This document shows, one piece after another, positions 36,295 to 45,720 of a DNA stretch of 64,000 bases. The notes under the pieces were generated by a model that saw only the letters and a program-made list of their open reading frames with translations, was not told where the DNA came from and made no database searches. Both the position numbers and the translations under genes were made by a program. Origin of the DNA: a virus (Duplodnaviria > Caudoviricetes); the IMG/VR virus record IMGVR_UViG_3300029305_001452, positions 75,973-139,972 of that record; one strand, given 5' to 3'. Each line of letters starts with the position of its first letter. Position 1 is the stretch's first letter.

Positions 36295-37022
36295 TGGAGG
36301 ACGCTTATATGAAAGTAACTATTTTAAATCCAGAAGAAACAACTAGACTTTTTGAGTATTGGGGTAAAGCAAGTTGTGTCTGTTATGACACTGTAACTAA
36401 TACTCCTGAAAAGGTTGGTAAGGGTTGTATGAACAGCGGACATTTCTCTGGTAGCCGTGGCAGATACATTCTATTTAAGGTAGAGGGCTGCCCAAGATTT
36501 ACTATCGACCAAGCTGTCAGACATGATATTGGTGTAATGAAAAATGTTCAGTCTTTTAGATATGTAAGCAAGGATTCTTTTGTATATGAAGTTCCAGTAG
36601 AAATTAAAGATAACGAAGAACTACTAGCAAAGTATCATGCACATATGATGAAGACGATGGATCTTTACACTGAAATTCAGGAATATGTTTTCAATAAGAC
36701 TGGTTCGCACGAGAGAGCAAACGAACAGGCAAGACACGTCCTTCCTATTTCTACACATGCAGACTTTGTTATCGGCATGACCGTAGAAGCTCTTATTCAT
36801 TTTGCAAATTCTAGACTATGTGTAAGAGCAGAAGATAAGATTAGAGAACTAGCATTGGCATTTAAGAATGCAACTGTGGAACTTCTTCCCGAACTAAAGG
36901 ATAAACTTGTTCCAAATTGTCAGGCATTACTATGGTGCCCCGAGGATCATGCATCTTGCGGAGCATATCCTACTAAGAAGCAGCTAAAGCAAATGATTGC
37001 AGAGGTAAGAGCAAATGAATAA
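36294..37022 (+). CDS. thyX: FAD-dependent thymidylate synthase
   Basis: QAVRH...QSFRYV, EQARHVLP, RLC..A...IR. Confidence 0.9.
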   Translation: MEDAYMKVTILNPEETTRLFEYWGKASCVCYDTVTNTPEKVGKGCMNSGHFSGSRGRYILFKVEGCPRFTIDQAVRHDIGVMKNVQSFRYVSKDSFVYEVPVEIKDNEELLAKYHAHMMKTMDLYTEIQEYVFNKTGSHERANEQARHVLPISTHADFVIGMTVEALIHFANSRLCVRAEDKIRELALAFKNATVELLPELKDKLVPNCQALLWCPEDHASCGAYPTKKQLKQMIAEVRANE

Positions 37023-37599
37023 ACCACTATTCTTATTCGTTGGTCGCTCTGCGTCTGGTAAAACAACAATTGCAAATATGCTAGAAGAACAATATGATTA
37101 TAAACAAGTATATTCATATACTACAAGACCACCTAGATATGAAAATGAACCTGGGCACATTTTTGTACATGAAGATGAATTCAACAAACTGGGAGATCTC
37201 GCAGCATATACTTTTTATAATAATTATCATTATGGCACAACATTTGAACAACTTAATAAGTGTGATATCTATGTTGTTGACATTCCTGGTGTAGAGTCTT
37301 TGTTGAAAAAATTAAAGGATAATAACAGGCCAATTTGTATTATTTATTTTGATGCATCTGTATACAATCGCATCCATCGTATGATTGATAGGGGCGATGG
37401 AGATATGATGATTATTTCTAGACTATTACAGGATGAAAAAGATGATTGGCGTAGACAGTTAGATTCATTGGTGTGGCAATATGCAAATATTATTGGTAAG
37501 GATGTTCAGCTGTATAATATTAATGCTAATAATGATTTAAAGCAAGTATTGGAATTGGTATTATATTATATGAAAGGATGTGTGGAGGGGCAAATATGA
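37015..37599 (+). CDS. Guanylate kinase-like protein
   Basis: GRSASGKTT, SYTTRPPR, YGT. Confidence 0.88.
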   Translation: MNKPLFLFVGRSASGKTTIANMLEEQYDYKQVYSYTTRPPRYENEPGHIFVHEDEFNKLGDLAAYTFYNNYHYGTTFEQLNKCDIYVVDIPGVESLLKKLKDNNRPICIIYFDASVYNRIHRMIDRGDGDMMIISRLLQDEKDDWRRQLDSLVWQYANIIGKDVQLYNINANNDLKQVLELVLYYMKGCVEGQI

Positions 37600-38144
37600 T
37601 TATCGCTGTTGATATGGATAATGTACTATGTAACTTACAAGAGGTTGTTGTTGATTTATTTAATAAACGCAATGGCACAAATTATACATTAGAAAACTTC
37701 ACAGATTATGATGTGGCACAGATTTTACCTAAAAATGAGGCTATTTTGATGAAAAATATGTATGGAGAGGATAATCTATATAATAATGTTAAGCCTCTTG
37801 CATATGCACAAAATGCGATAGAAAAACTAATAAATGCAGGCCATCAGGTATATATTGTCAGTGATATAATCCCAAAAACTTATGCGGAGAAAACTGAATG
37901 GATTAAGTTTTATTTTCAACAAATAGACGAAGCACATATTGTCGCAATGAAACATAAACATTTATTTAAGTGTGATGTTCTTATTGAAGATAATTTACAG
38001 AACCTATTAGCGGGTCATTATTATGAGCGTATTTGTTTTGACTATCCTTGGAATCGTAATGTGAGCGATTATGCATATGGCATCCATAGAGTTTCAAATT
38101 GGAACGAAGCATTAAATATTATAAATAAATTAGACTGGGAGTGA
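37596..38144 (+). CDS. 5'(3')-deoxyribonucleotidase (HAD)
   Basis: IAVDMDNVL, K..W, DVLIEDN, PWN. Confidence 0.88.
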   Translation: MIIAVDMDNVLCNLQEVVVDLFNKRNGTNYTLENFTDYDVAQILPKNEAILMKNMYGEDNLYNNVKPLAYAQNAIEKLINAGHQVYIVSDIIPKTYAEKTEWIKFYFQQIDEAHIVAMKHKHLFKCDVLIEDNLQNLLAGHYYERICFDYPWNRNVSDYAYGIHRVSNWNEALNIINKLDWE

Positions 38145-38150
38145 TGAATA

Positions 38151-40412
38151 TTGGATGTTAAAGAATGGCTAGGAGAAGATAACCAACTTGGAATTGATAT
38201 TTGGGTAAAAAAGTATCAATATGAAGATGAGACATTTGAAGAATGGCTTGACAGAGTTAGCGGTGGAAATAAATCAATCCGAGAATTAATCAAGGATAAA
38301 AAATTCTTATTTGGTGGTAGAATTCTTGCCAATAGAAATATTCCAGGGAATAAGACATATAGTAACTGTTATGTCATTGAGCCACCTAGAGACAATCTAG
38401 AAAGTATTTTTGATACTGCAAAGAAATTAGCAAGAACATTTTCTTATGGTGGTGGATGCGGTATCGACATTGGAAAACTGTGTCCAAAAGACGCAAAGGT
38501 GAATAATACAGCAAAGAAGTCGTCTGGTGCTGTAAGCTTTATGGATCTGTATAATTTGACTACTGGTTTGATTGGCCAAAATGGACGTAGAGGTGCACTG
38601 ATGCTTTCAATGCCCGTCAATCATCCAGACATTGAAGATTTTATTAATATCAAATCAGATCTTAATAAGATTACTAATGCTAATATTTCTGTTCGTGTAG
38701 ACGATGAGTTTATGGAGGCAGTCAAAAATAATAGCGACTATGAGCTAACATTTACTCGTCCAGAAAGCGGTCAAATTATTTCCAAAACAGTAAACGCAAA
38801 AGAATTATTTCATAAAATTTGTGAAATGAATTGGAACTATGCTGAGCCAGGAGTACTATTTTGGGATAGAATTACTAATCATAATTTATTAGTTTATGAC
38901 AATAATTTTGAATATGCTGGTACTAATCCGTGTGCAGAAGAACCGCTACCTGCTGGTGGATCGTGCCTACTCGGCGCACTAAACCTTGCCGCATTTGTAA
39001 AAAATCCTTTTACTAAGGATGCATATTTTGCCATTAACGATTTTGCAGAAGCAGTAGTTGATGCGGTATATGCATTAAATGAAGTTCTAGATGAGGGTCT
39101 TGAGTTGCATCCGTTAGAAGAACAAAGAACTTCTGTAAGAGACTGGAGACAAATTGGTCTTGGAATGATGGGACTGGCAGATTGTTTAATTAAACTAGGA
39201 ATTGTGTATGGTTCAGATGAAGCAAACGAATTGTGCAACAATATAGCAAAGACAATGTTTGAGATTTCTGTTAAGGCATCTGAAGCAATAAGTCGTGATT
39301 GCGGAAATTATCCAATGTTTAATAAAGATGCGGTCAACACATCACCTATGATGGGGGCAATTGACTATTGTGTTGATGGACTGAACAATTCTCAGCTACT
39401 TACAATTGCACCAACTGGTAGTATTTCTACTATGCTTGGCATTAGTGGTGGTATTGAGCCGATTTTTGCAAACTCTTATACAAGAAGAACACAATCTCTA
39501 CACGGCAAAGAAGAAGATGTGGTTTATAAAGTATATACTCCAATTGTTAAAGAGTATATGCAAACCCACAATATCACAGACGACTCTAAGTTGCCTAAAG
39601 AATTTGTTGTAGCCGCAGATATTTCTCCAGAAGACAGAATTAATTGTCAAGCTACATGGCAAAAATGGATTGATGCAAGCATTTCTTCAACTATTAATCT
39701 ACCTAATAGTGCAACAGTAGAAGATGTAGAAAATATTTATATGTATGCTTGGGAGCGTGGATTAAAGGGTGTGACGGTTTATCGTGCCGGATGTGCGAGA
39801 GAAGGAATTCTAGTGACAGACGAAACGAAAGAAAGCGTAGATAAAGACACCAGTAATGTATGTAGCTCCATTGACGATCTTCCTAGAGGATATATTGTTG
39901 ATACAAGCGATGACTTGATTGGCTATAAGCGTAAATTAAATACTGGATGTGGCTCTGTACACATGGAAGTTTATTTTGATGATATCTCTGGAGATCCACA
40001 AGAAACATTTATCAACATTGGTAGCGGTGGTGGATGTGAAAGAAATTATCAATTTATTTCTAGATTGATTTCGCTTGCATTAAGAGCGGGCGTTTCAATT
40101 AATGACATTATCGACCAAGCAAATAGTATTAGACCGTGTACCGCATATGTTAATAGAACAAAGTCAAAACGCGACACATCTCCTGGCACATCATGTCCGT
40201 CTGCTATTGGCAAGGCATTACAAGATTTATGTGTAAAGATGCAAGATAAATATTTTGTTGATGAAGAAGACGATAATGTAGAGGGAGCAGCATATATAAA
40301 GACCAACATAGAATTATGCAAAGATTCTTTATGTCCAGAGTGTGGTTATAAGCTACAGCAAGAAGGTGGATGTAATATTTGCAAAAACTGTGGATGGACC
40401 AAATGTGATTAA
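38151..40412 (+). CDS. nrdJ: Class II (B12) ribonucleotide reductase with TSCPD-like C-terminus
   Basis: SNCY, RRGA, TNPCAEEPL, IAPTGS, TSCP, C-terminal Zn ribbon; no beta subunit nearby. Confidence 0.92.
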   Translation: MDVKEWLGEDNQLGIDIWVKKYQYEDETFEEWLDRVSGGNKSIRELIKDKKFLFGGRILANRNIPGNKTYSNCYVIEPPRDNLESIFDTAKKLARTFSYGGGCGIDIGKLCPKDAKVNNTAKKSSGAVSFMDLYNLTTGLIGQNGRRGALMLSMPVNHPDIEDFINIKSDLNKITNANISVRVDDEFMEAVKNNSDYELTFTRPESGQIISKTVNAKELFHKICEMNWNYAEPGVLFWDRITNHNLLVYDNNFEYAGTNPCAEEPLPAGGSCLLGALNLAAFVKNPFTKDAYFAINDFAEAVVDAVYALNEVLDEGLELHPLEEQRTSVRDWRQIGLGMMGLADCLIKLGIVYGSDEANELCNNIAKTMFEISVKASEAISRDCGNYPMFNKDAVNTSPMMGAIDYCVDGLNNSQLLTIAPTGSISTMLGISGGIEPIFANSYTRRTQSLHGKEEDVVYKVYTPIVKEYMQTHNITDDSKLPKEFVVAADISPEDRINCQATWQKWIDASISSTINLPNSATVEDVENIYMYAWERGLKGVTVYRAGCAREGILVTDETKESVDKDTSNVCSSIDDLPRGYIVDTSDDLIGYKRKLNTGCGSVHMEVYFDDISGDPQETFINIGSGGGCERNYQFISRLISLALRAGVSINDIIDQANSIRPCTAYVNRTKSKRDTSPGTSCPSAIGKALQDLCVKMQDKYFVDEEDDNVEGAAYIKTNIELCKDSLCPECGYKLQQEGGCNICKNCGWTKCD

Positions 40413-40433
40413 CAATACAAAATTAATATAGGA

Positions 40434-40760
40434 GTGATAAACATGGAAAAAAAGAATATTTATTGCAAATTTACATACAAATGTGGCATTTGTGGAAAAG
40501 AACACGATTCTGTTTTGGATAGAGCACAGTGTGAAATCTCATGCATTGAAAAAGCAGAAGAAGAGGCAAAAAGAGCGGCCGAGGCAAAGAAGAGAGAAGA
40601 GCAGACTATGCGTAAAGAGGCTGTGGATGAAGCATTTGAAAATCTACATAGACTCATTACTGAATATGTAAAAGATTATGGCTACTATGAATATAGTGAC
40701 GGTGGTGAAGATACTAATTTTCATTGGCCCAGTAGACTATGGCACGGTTTTTGGGGTTAA
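40434..40760 (+). CDS. Hypothetical protein (Zn finger plus coiled coil)
   Basis: CGIC...C; GGAG RBS. Confidence 0.7.
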   Translation: MINMEKKNIYCKFTYKCGICGKEHDSVLDRAQCEISCIEKAEEEAKRAAEAKKREEQTMRKEAVDEAFENLHRLITEYVKDYGYYEYSDGGEDTNFHWPSRLWHGFWG

Positions 40761-40775
40761 TTAGGAGGTATTTTT

Positions 40776-41282
40776 ATGAGGGTTAACATTAAGTTTGCAA
40801 AGACTCATCCAGACGCTAAAATCCCTACAAAGAGACGTGAAGATGCGGGTTGGGATTTATACCCATGCTTTGATGAGGACTGGATTAAAATCCCGGCTTT
40901 TGATAATAGGTTGGTGCCTATTGGTATTGCATCAGCTCTTGATGAAGAGTGGGGCTTTATCTTCCGTGAGAGAGGAAGTACTGGAACTAAGAATATTAAG
41001 GTTTCTGCAGGTGTTATAGATTCTGGTTTTAATGGGTCTTGGTTTGTTGATATTTACAATGGTAATAAAGTGCCTCTATTCATTTCTAAGATTGGAGAAA
41101 CTGGCGAACAGTCTCCTCTGACCGAACATCCAGATGCAATTCTATATCCTTATGATAAGGCAATTGCCCAGGCTCTACTAATATATGTGCCTGATACAAA
41201 CGAAGAAGTTGTTGATTATGAGGAAATTAAGAATCGTGAAACAGAGCGTGGCATGGGGCAGCTTGGAAGTACTAACAACTAA
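40776..41282 (+). CDS. dut: Trimeric dUTPase
   Basis: DAGWD, ERGSTG, GVIDSG, AQ, RGMGQLGST. Confidence 0.92.
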   Translation: MRVNIKFAKTHPDAKIPTKRREDAGWDLYPCFDEDWIKIPAFDNRLVPIGIASALDEEWGFIFRERGSTGTKNIKVSAGVIDSGFNGSWFVDIYNGNKVPLFISKIGETGEQSPLTEHPDAILYPYDKAIAQALLIYVPDTNEEVVDYEEIKNRETERGMGQLGSTNN

Positions 41283-41289
41283 ATAAAAA

Positions 41290-41338
41290 TTACGGAGTAC
41301 TGGAATGAATCAAAAACCAGTACTCCGTAAAATTTTTT
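41290..41338 (+). terminator. Intrinsic terminator
   Basis: 14-bp perfect stem TTACGGAGTACTGG/CCAGTACTCCGTAA plus T run. Confidence 0.85.
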
Positions 41339-41422
41339 GTGTGAAGATATACGGCGAGGTATATCAATATTAAATATGCCCACATATATATAAAATATAC
41401 ATTAATTAAATTGGAGATTTAT

Positions 41423-41587
41423 ATGGACAAAGATGTGATTATAAAATATTTACCGTATGGGACAACTCAAGATGAATTAAAACAAATAAGAAATGAATTT
41501 AAAGATAAGGATATAACTCTTATTTTAATTGTATCAGGGCAAGATAAACTATTGGATAATCTACAATCTCTTGTGAATATTGACTGA
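41423..41587 (+). CDS. Small hypothetical protein (54 aa) upstream of the integrase
   Basis: Read by hand: MDKDVIIKYLPYGTT...; GGAG RBS. Confidence 0.55.
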   Translation: MDKDVIIKYLPYGTTQDELKQIRNEFKDKDITLILIVSGQDKLLDNLQSLVNID

Positions 41588-41642
41588 TTTTACTTTTAGA
41601 GTTACAATAAGGTATATAGAAAGTAACAATGAGGTGAATGCT

Positions 41643-43628
41643 ATGAACAAGAAAAAAATAGACGTTTTAATACAACAAGAATTAATAGAAGCTGTTGGTT
41701 ATTTGCGTTTATCTAAAGACGATGGAGATGACGAGAGTACTTCAATAACAAATCAAAGAGCCATTATAGCAGATTGGGCTGCACAAAATGGATTTATAAT
41801 TACTGACTGGTATGTTGACGATGGATACAGTGGATACAAGATGAACAGACCTGATTTTAATAGACTTAAAAACGATTTAAATATGGGTAAAGTTAAAGTT
41901 GTTATAGCAAAACATCTATCTCGTATAGGAAGAAGAGGATCTGAAGTAAATTTATTTTTAGAAAATATGCAAGAAGATGGTAACAGAGTAATTACTATAA
42001 GTGATGGATATGACACATTTGATGAACGTACACATGATACTGTTGGAATTAACACTTGGGTAAATGAAAAATATGTTAGAGATACGAGTAAAAATGTAAG
42101 GGCGGCAATAGACAGAATGCAAAAGGAAGGTAGATTCATTTGTCAAGTACCATATGGGTATGAATTAGATCCATTTATTAAAGGAAAATATTATATAGAT
42201 AAAACATGTGCTATTCATGTTCAGGAAATATTCGATATGTATTTAAACGGTTACGGTAGTAAAGCAATAGCAAAAATATTAACAGAACGAAAAATACCTA
42301 CTTATTGGCAAAATGTTAAAACAAGAATGGAAAGACGTGGACAAGTTTATCGCGGAAGAGATTTTGAAGGAATATGGACACCAAATACAATATTAAAGAT
42401 ATTAAGAAACGATTTTTATATCGGTGTATTAACACTTGGTAAAAGCAAAAGAAGATCTATCAATGGGAAGAAAGTTATGCAAAAAGATGAAGACTTAATA
42501 AGGTTTGAGGACGCTCATGAGCCATTAATTGATAAACAAACATTCAAACTTGCACAAGAAATTATGGCAGAAAGAACACACTCCAATTATAGAAGCTCAG
42601 AAAAAGGGCCAACAATTTTTTCAGGAAAATTATATTGCGCTGATTGCGGAACTAGATTAACTCCTAGCACAAGTGCAAAAACACAAAGATATGTTTGTCG
42701 TAAATATCATCTAGCTGGAACGGATTATTGTACTAGCCATTCAACAAACGATAGAAATCTAACCGCAGCATTAATATACTTCCTTGAACATTGTAGGGAC
42801 AATTTAGCAGAAGCAATATCTGACTTAAAAATAGAATCCAGAAATAAAATGAAAGATTACCAAAAAGATAGTTTTGCAGTTTTACAAAAAGATAAAGAAA
42901 GAGTAGAAAAAGAAATTGAAGTTCTAATAGAACAAAAGATGCGTGAAACTATCGCCAATCCAACGATGAAAGAATTCATAGATAAAACCTATGCCAATAT
43001 GATTAATACAAAATATGCAGAATTACAATCAGCAACTGCAAGAATTGATGAAATAGAAGAAGAGACATCTCAAAATGTAGATATGAAAAAAGAGCTGACA
43101 TCTGTATTAGATATATTTGACGATATTATTTCAAGTAAAACATTAAGCCGTCGTCAAATTGAAACCATAGTTGAAAAAATTATAGTTCACGAAGACGGTG
43201 GCATGGATATATTCCTTAAAGGAGACTTACATGAATTGTGTACGAATTATATCCAATTCAAAAGCTCAAGCAAAGAAGCAATTGTTGAAAATATGATTAA
43301 ATATATGGAAATGCATGTGGACGAGCTAATCATTAAAAAGAAATGTGAAAAATATGTTAGAGCGCAAGGGGTTAGATTTGATACAAATATATTCTCTAAG
43401 CTATATCACAATATGCTAGATTGCGGATATCTTGAGCCGGTATATCATGCAACAGGTGGTCGTAAAGGTAGCCGTGTAGTAGATGTAAACAAGTTAAAAC
43501 AAGCACTGAAAGATGACACGGTTATGTCATACTCCCCAGGGTGTGAGAGAAGAAGTGTCACTATTCAGTTCTTACATAAAGTATATAAATGGTATATCGA
43601 GACAAAGCCAAAATATAAGAGGTACTAA
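41643..43628 (+). CDS. Large serine recombinase (integrase)
   Basis: YLRLS, SITNQR, DDGYSG..RP.F, SRIGR, recombinase domain, CADC Zn ribbon, coiled coil; GAGGTG RBS. Confidence 0.92.
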   Translation: MNKKKIDVLIQQELIEAVGYLRLSKDDGDDESTSITNQRAIIADWAAQNGFIITDWYVDDGYSGYKMNRPDFNRLKNDLNMGKVKVVIAKHLSRIGRRGSEVNLFLENMQEDGNRVITISDGYDTFDERTHDTVGINTWVNEKYVRDTSKNVRAAIDRMQKEGRFICQVPYGYELDPFIKGKYYIDKTCAIHVQEIFDMYLNGYGSKAIAKILTERKIPTYWQNVKTRMERRGQVYRGRDFEGIWTPNTILKILRNDFYIGVLTLGKSKRRSINGKKVMQKDEDLIRFEDAHEPLIDKQTFKLAQEIMAERTHSNYRSSEKGPTIFSGKLYCADCGTRLTPSTSAKTQRYVCRKYHLAGTDYCTSHSTNDRNLTAALIYFLEHCRDNLAEAISDLKIESRNKMKDYQKDSFAVLQKDKERVEKEIEVLIEQKMRETIANPTMKEFIDKTYANMINTKYAELQSATARIDEIEEETSQNVDMKKELTSVLDIFDDIISSKTLSRRQIETIVEKIIVHEDGGMDIFLKGDLHELCTNYIQFKSSSKEAIVENMIKYMEMHVDELIIKKKCEKYVRAQGVRFDTNIFSKLYHNMLDCGYLEPVYHATGGRKGSRVVDVNKLKQALKDDTVMSYSPGCERRSVTIQFLHKVYKWYIETKPKYKRY

Positions 43629-43734
43629 ACCACTCCCCTATCGGGTTTTGCACTGCATTTGACGAAATCGGTTAGATTCTGACTTCAATTATGGTGCAAA
43701 GCGTGATATAATAACAACGAAGGAGTTGGTAAAT

Positions 43735-43890
43735 ATGAACGAAAAGAGTGTTAATTTTACTTTGCGCATGACACCAGAATTAAGATTTCAATTAGAGCGT
43801 ATAGCACACAATGAAGATCGCACACTTACAAATTTAATTAATATGGCGCTAAAAAGATATGTTGATATGTATGGCGACGTAAAAAAATAG
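43735..43890 (+). CDS. Ribbon-helix-helix (Arc-like) DNA-binding protein
   Basis: Read by hand: MNEKSVNFTLRMTPELRFQLERIAHNEDRTLTNLINMALKRYV; AAGGAG RBS. Confidence 0.8.
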   Translation: MNEKSVNFTLRMTPELRFQLERIAHNEDRTLTNLINMALKRYVDMYGDVKK

Positions 43891-43925
43891 GGTAGTACAA
43901 TTAAGTACTACCCTTATTATTTTTT
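43881..43925. terminator. Bidirectional terminator between the convergent arms
   Basis: AGGGTAGTAC-AATTAA-GTACTACCCT flanked by A and T runs. Confidence 0.75.
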
Positions 43926-45703
43926 AAATTTTCAATTTCTAACCTTAATTCATTTAACTCCTGCTGTAATGATTGACACTTTTTTGTTAACAACGGAATA
44001 AATTCAGTATATGTTAAAACATATTCTTGTCTATTATTGTTATTTATTTGTCCAATAATTCCAATCAAGTCGGCATTAAGTCCAGCATCAGATAATATAC
44101 TTTCAACTTCTTGGGCAACAAAACCGTAGTGTGTTTTTCCATTAGTATCTTGTATTAACTCATATTGTATAGGTCTCAAACTATCCACGATGTCTATATC
44201 AATATCCTGAATGTTTTTCTTAACACGCTCATCAGATGACGTACTAAATCCAGATGGTCCAGTTGCGGTGCCATAAAATTTTGCATCCCATCTACACTCA
44301 AATAAATTATTTTGTGCAGCCATTTTACCAATTGCAAAACCAGTACCGTCTTTTGTGATATTTAAAGCTCTAGACTCACCAAGCACAGATATATAAGACG
44401 AAGTTGCCGTGCCACCATATGAATCTACAACCGTAATGTAAACTTTATAATCAAGTTTTTTATCTCCCTCATTAAGATTAATAAGGACACCGCTACTATA
44501 TCCGTCTTTGGTGCTAGAATTATAATGTGCTGTTACCTGATAATTATTTGTATTATTTACGGAGGCGTGGTCTATACTGTATGTACATTTTAAATATGCT
44601 CCATTTACATCAGGGTTTTGTTCAGCATCTGTTCTATACGCCTTAAATGATTTAATCTTAGGTGTATAATATTCATAACATGTTATAGATGCTGTGTCGG
44701 AATTTGTACGTCCTCTGTTATCTGTAACAGTTACGGTATATTTCAATGTTCCACTATTAGATATTGGACCACCACGTGTTGACGTGCTTGTTGTAGTAGT
44801 TGAAATACCTGGACCAGAAAAGGTATATGATTTTATACTACTTCCAGTTCCAGCAGAACAGCCAGATACGCTAACAGCTATTTTATTTTTTCCTTGAACT
44901 AATATGTTTCTACTTGTACCATCTTTTGTAGCAATATCAACAGGATTTAATGTTATTGCACCAACCCTAGGCACTATATCAGGTGGAACATTAACCGTAA
45001 AAGATTTTTGCACAGAGCTTCCAATTTGCGTAGAGTCGTTATGTGTTGTAATTCTACAATACGCAGTACAACTTACTGATGATGGCATTGCAGAATACCA
45101 ACTGTCTTCTATTTTATAAGATTGTGATGTTCCAACACCTGTATACTTTTTGTAATAAGTATTATTAATATAAAACTCAACAGTATGTGTAAAACTACTA
45201 CTATGACTAGTAATATTTGCCGTAATTGTTCCACCAACATTTACACTTGATGTAGATAGTGATAATGATGATCCTCTTGGAATAGTAGACAGAGTAATTT
45301 TTTGTGTTGCATCAATAACACCACCATTATAGCTGTTTGTATCATTTGTAAACTTAATATATATTTGTATTGTACTTGATCCAGTTCCATCAGAATTATG
45401 AGATATACTATTTGATTCCCATGGAAAACCTGGTTTTTCGTCTACTATCATATCTGACCACGTGTCTTTGTTTGACCATGGCATTTGGTAATGGGCATAC
45501 GTAGATGATTCATCTGCTACTGTTTTACCACCAACTACAACTTTTATGGTAAGATATGAAACATATCCACCACTTGCTGTATTTTTTAATTGAATATTCT
45601 TAATTCGTAATTTCGAAGTATTAGATGCAGCATCAATATCAAATTCTTCATAAGTAACGAGAGCCTTAAAAGATTTACTACCTGTTAATTCAAAAGTTGC
45701 CAT
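43901..45703 (-). CDS. Tail fibre/minor tail protein with C-terminal S74-type intramolecular chaperone
   Basis: Beta-rich body; SDERVKKNI...GFVAQEV plus coiled coil. Confidence 0.85.
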   Translation of the reverse strand: MATFELTGSKSFKALVTYEEFDIDAASNTSKLRIKNIQLKNTASGGYVSYLTIKVVVGGKTVADESSTYAHYQMPWSNKDTWSDMIVDEKPGFPWESNSISHNSDGTGSSTIQIYIKFTNDTNSYNGGVIDATQKITLSTIPRGSSLSLSTSSVNVGGTITANITSHSSSFTHTVEFYINNTYYKKYTGVGTSQSYKIEDSWYSAMPSSVSCTAYCRITTHNDSTQIGSSVQKSFTVNVPPDIVPRVGAITLNPVDIATKDGTSRNILVQGKNKIAVSVSGCSAGTGSSIKSYTFSGPGISTTTTSTSTRGGPISNSGTLKYTVTVTDNRGRTNSDTASITCYEYYTPKIKSFKAYRTDAEQNPDVNGAYLKCTYSIDHASVNNTNNYQVTAHYNSSTKDGYSSGVLINLNEGDKKLDYKVYITVVDSYGGTATSSYISVLGESRALNITKDGTGFAIGKMAAQNNLFECRWDAKFYGTATGPSGFSTSSDERVKKNIQDIDIDIVDSLRPIQYELIQDTNGKTHYGFVAQEVESILSDAGLNADLIGIIGQINNNNRQEYVLTYTEFIPLLTKKCQSLQQELNELRLEIENLKNNKGST

Positions 45704-45720
45704 ATTATTTCACCTCAATT

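Noticed and set aside
38151-40412. Intein or intron in the ribonucleotide reductase or ligase
   Set aside because: Normal lengths, with no intein end motifs or frame breaks seen.
86-42146. Many short - strand and alternative-frame ORFs in the track (e.g. 5013-5630, 19030-19524, 7656-7877, 11131-11328)
   Set aside because: They overlap well-supported + strand genes or tRNAs and show no recognisable motifs.
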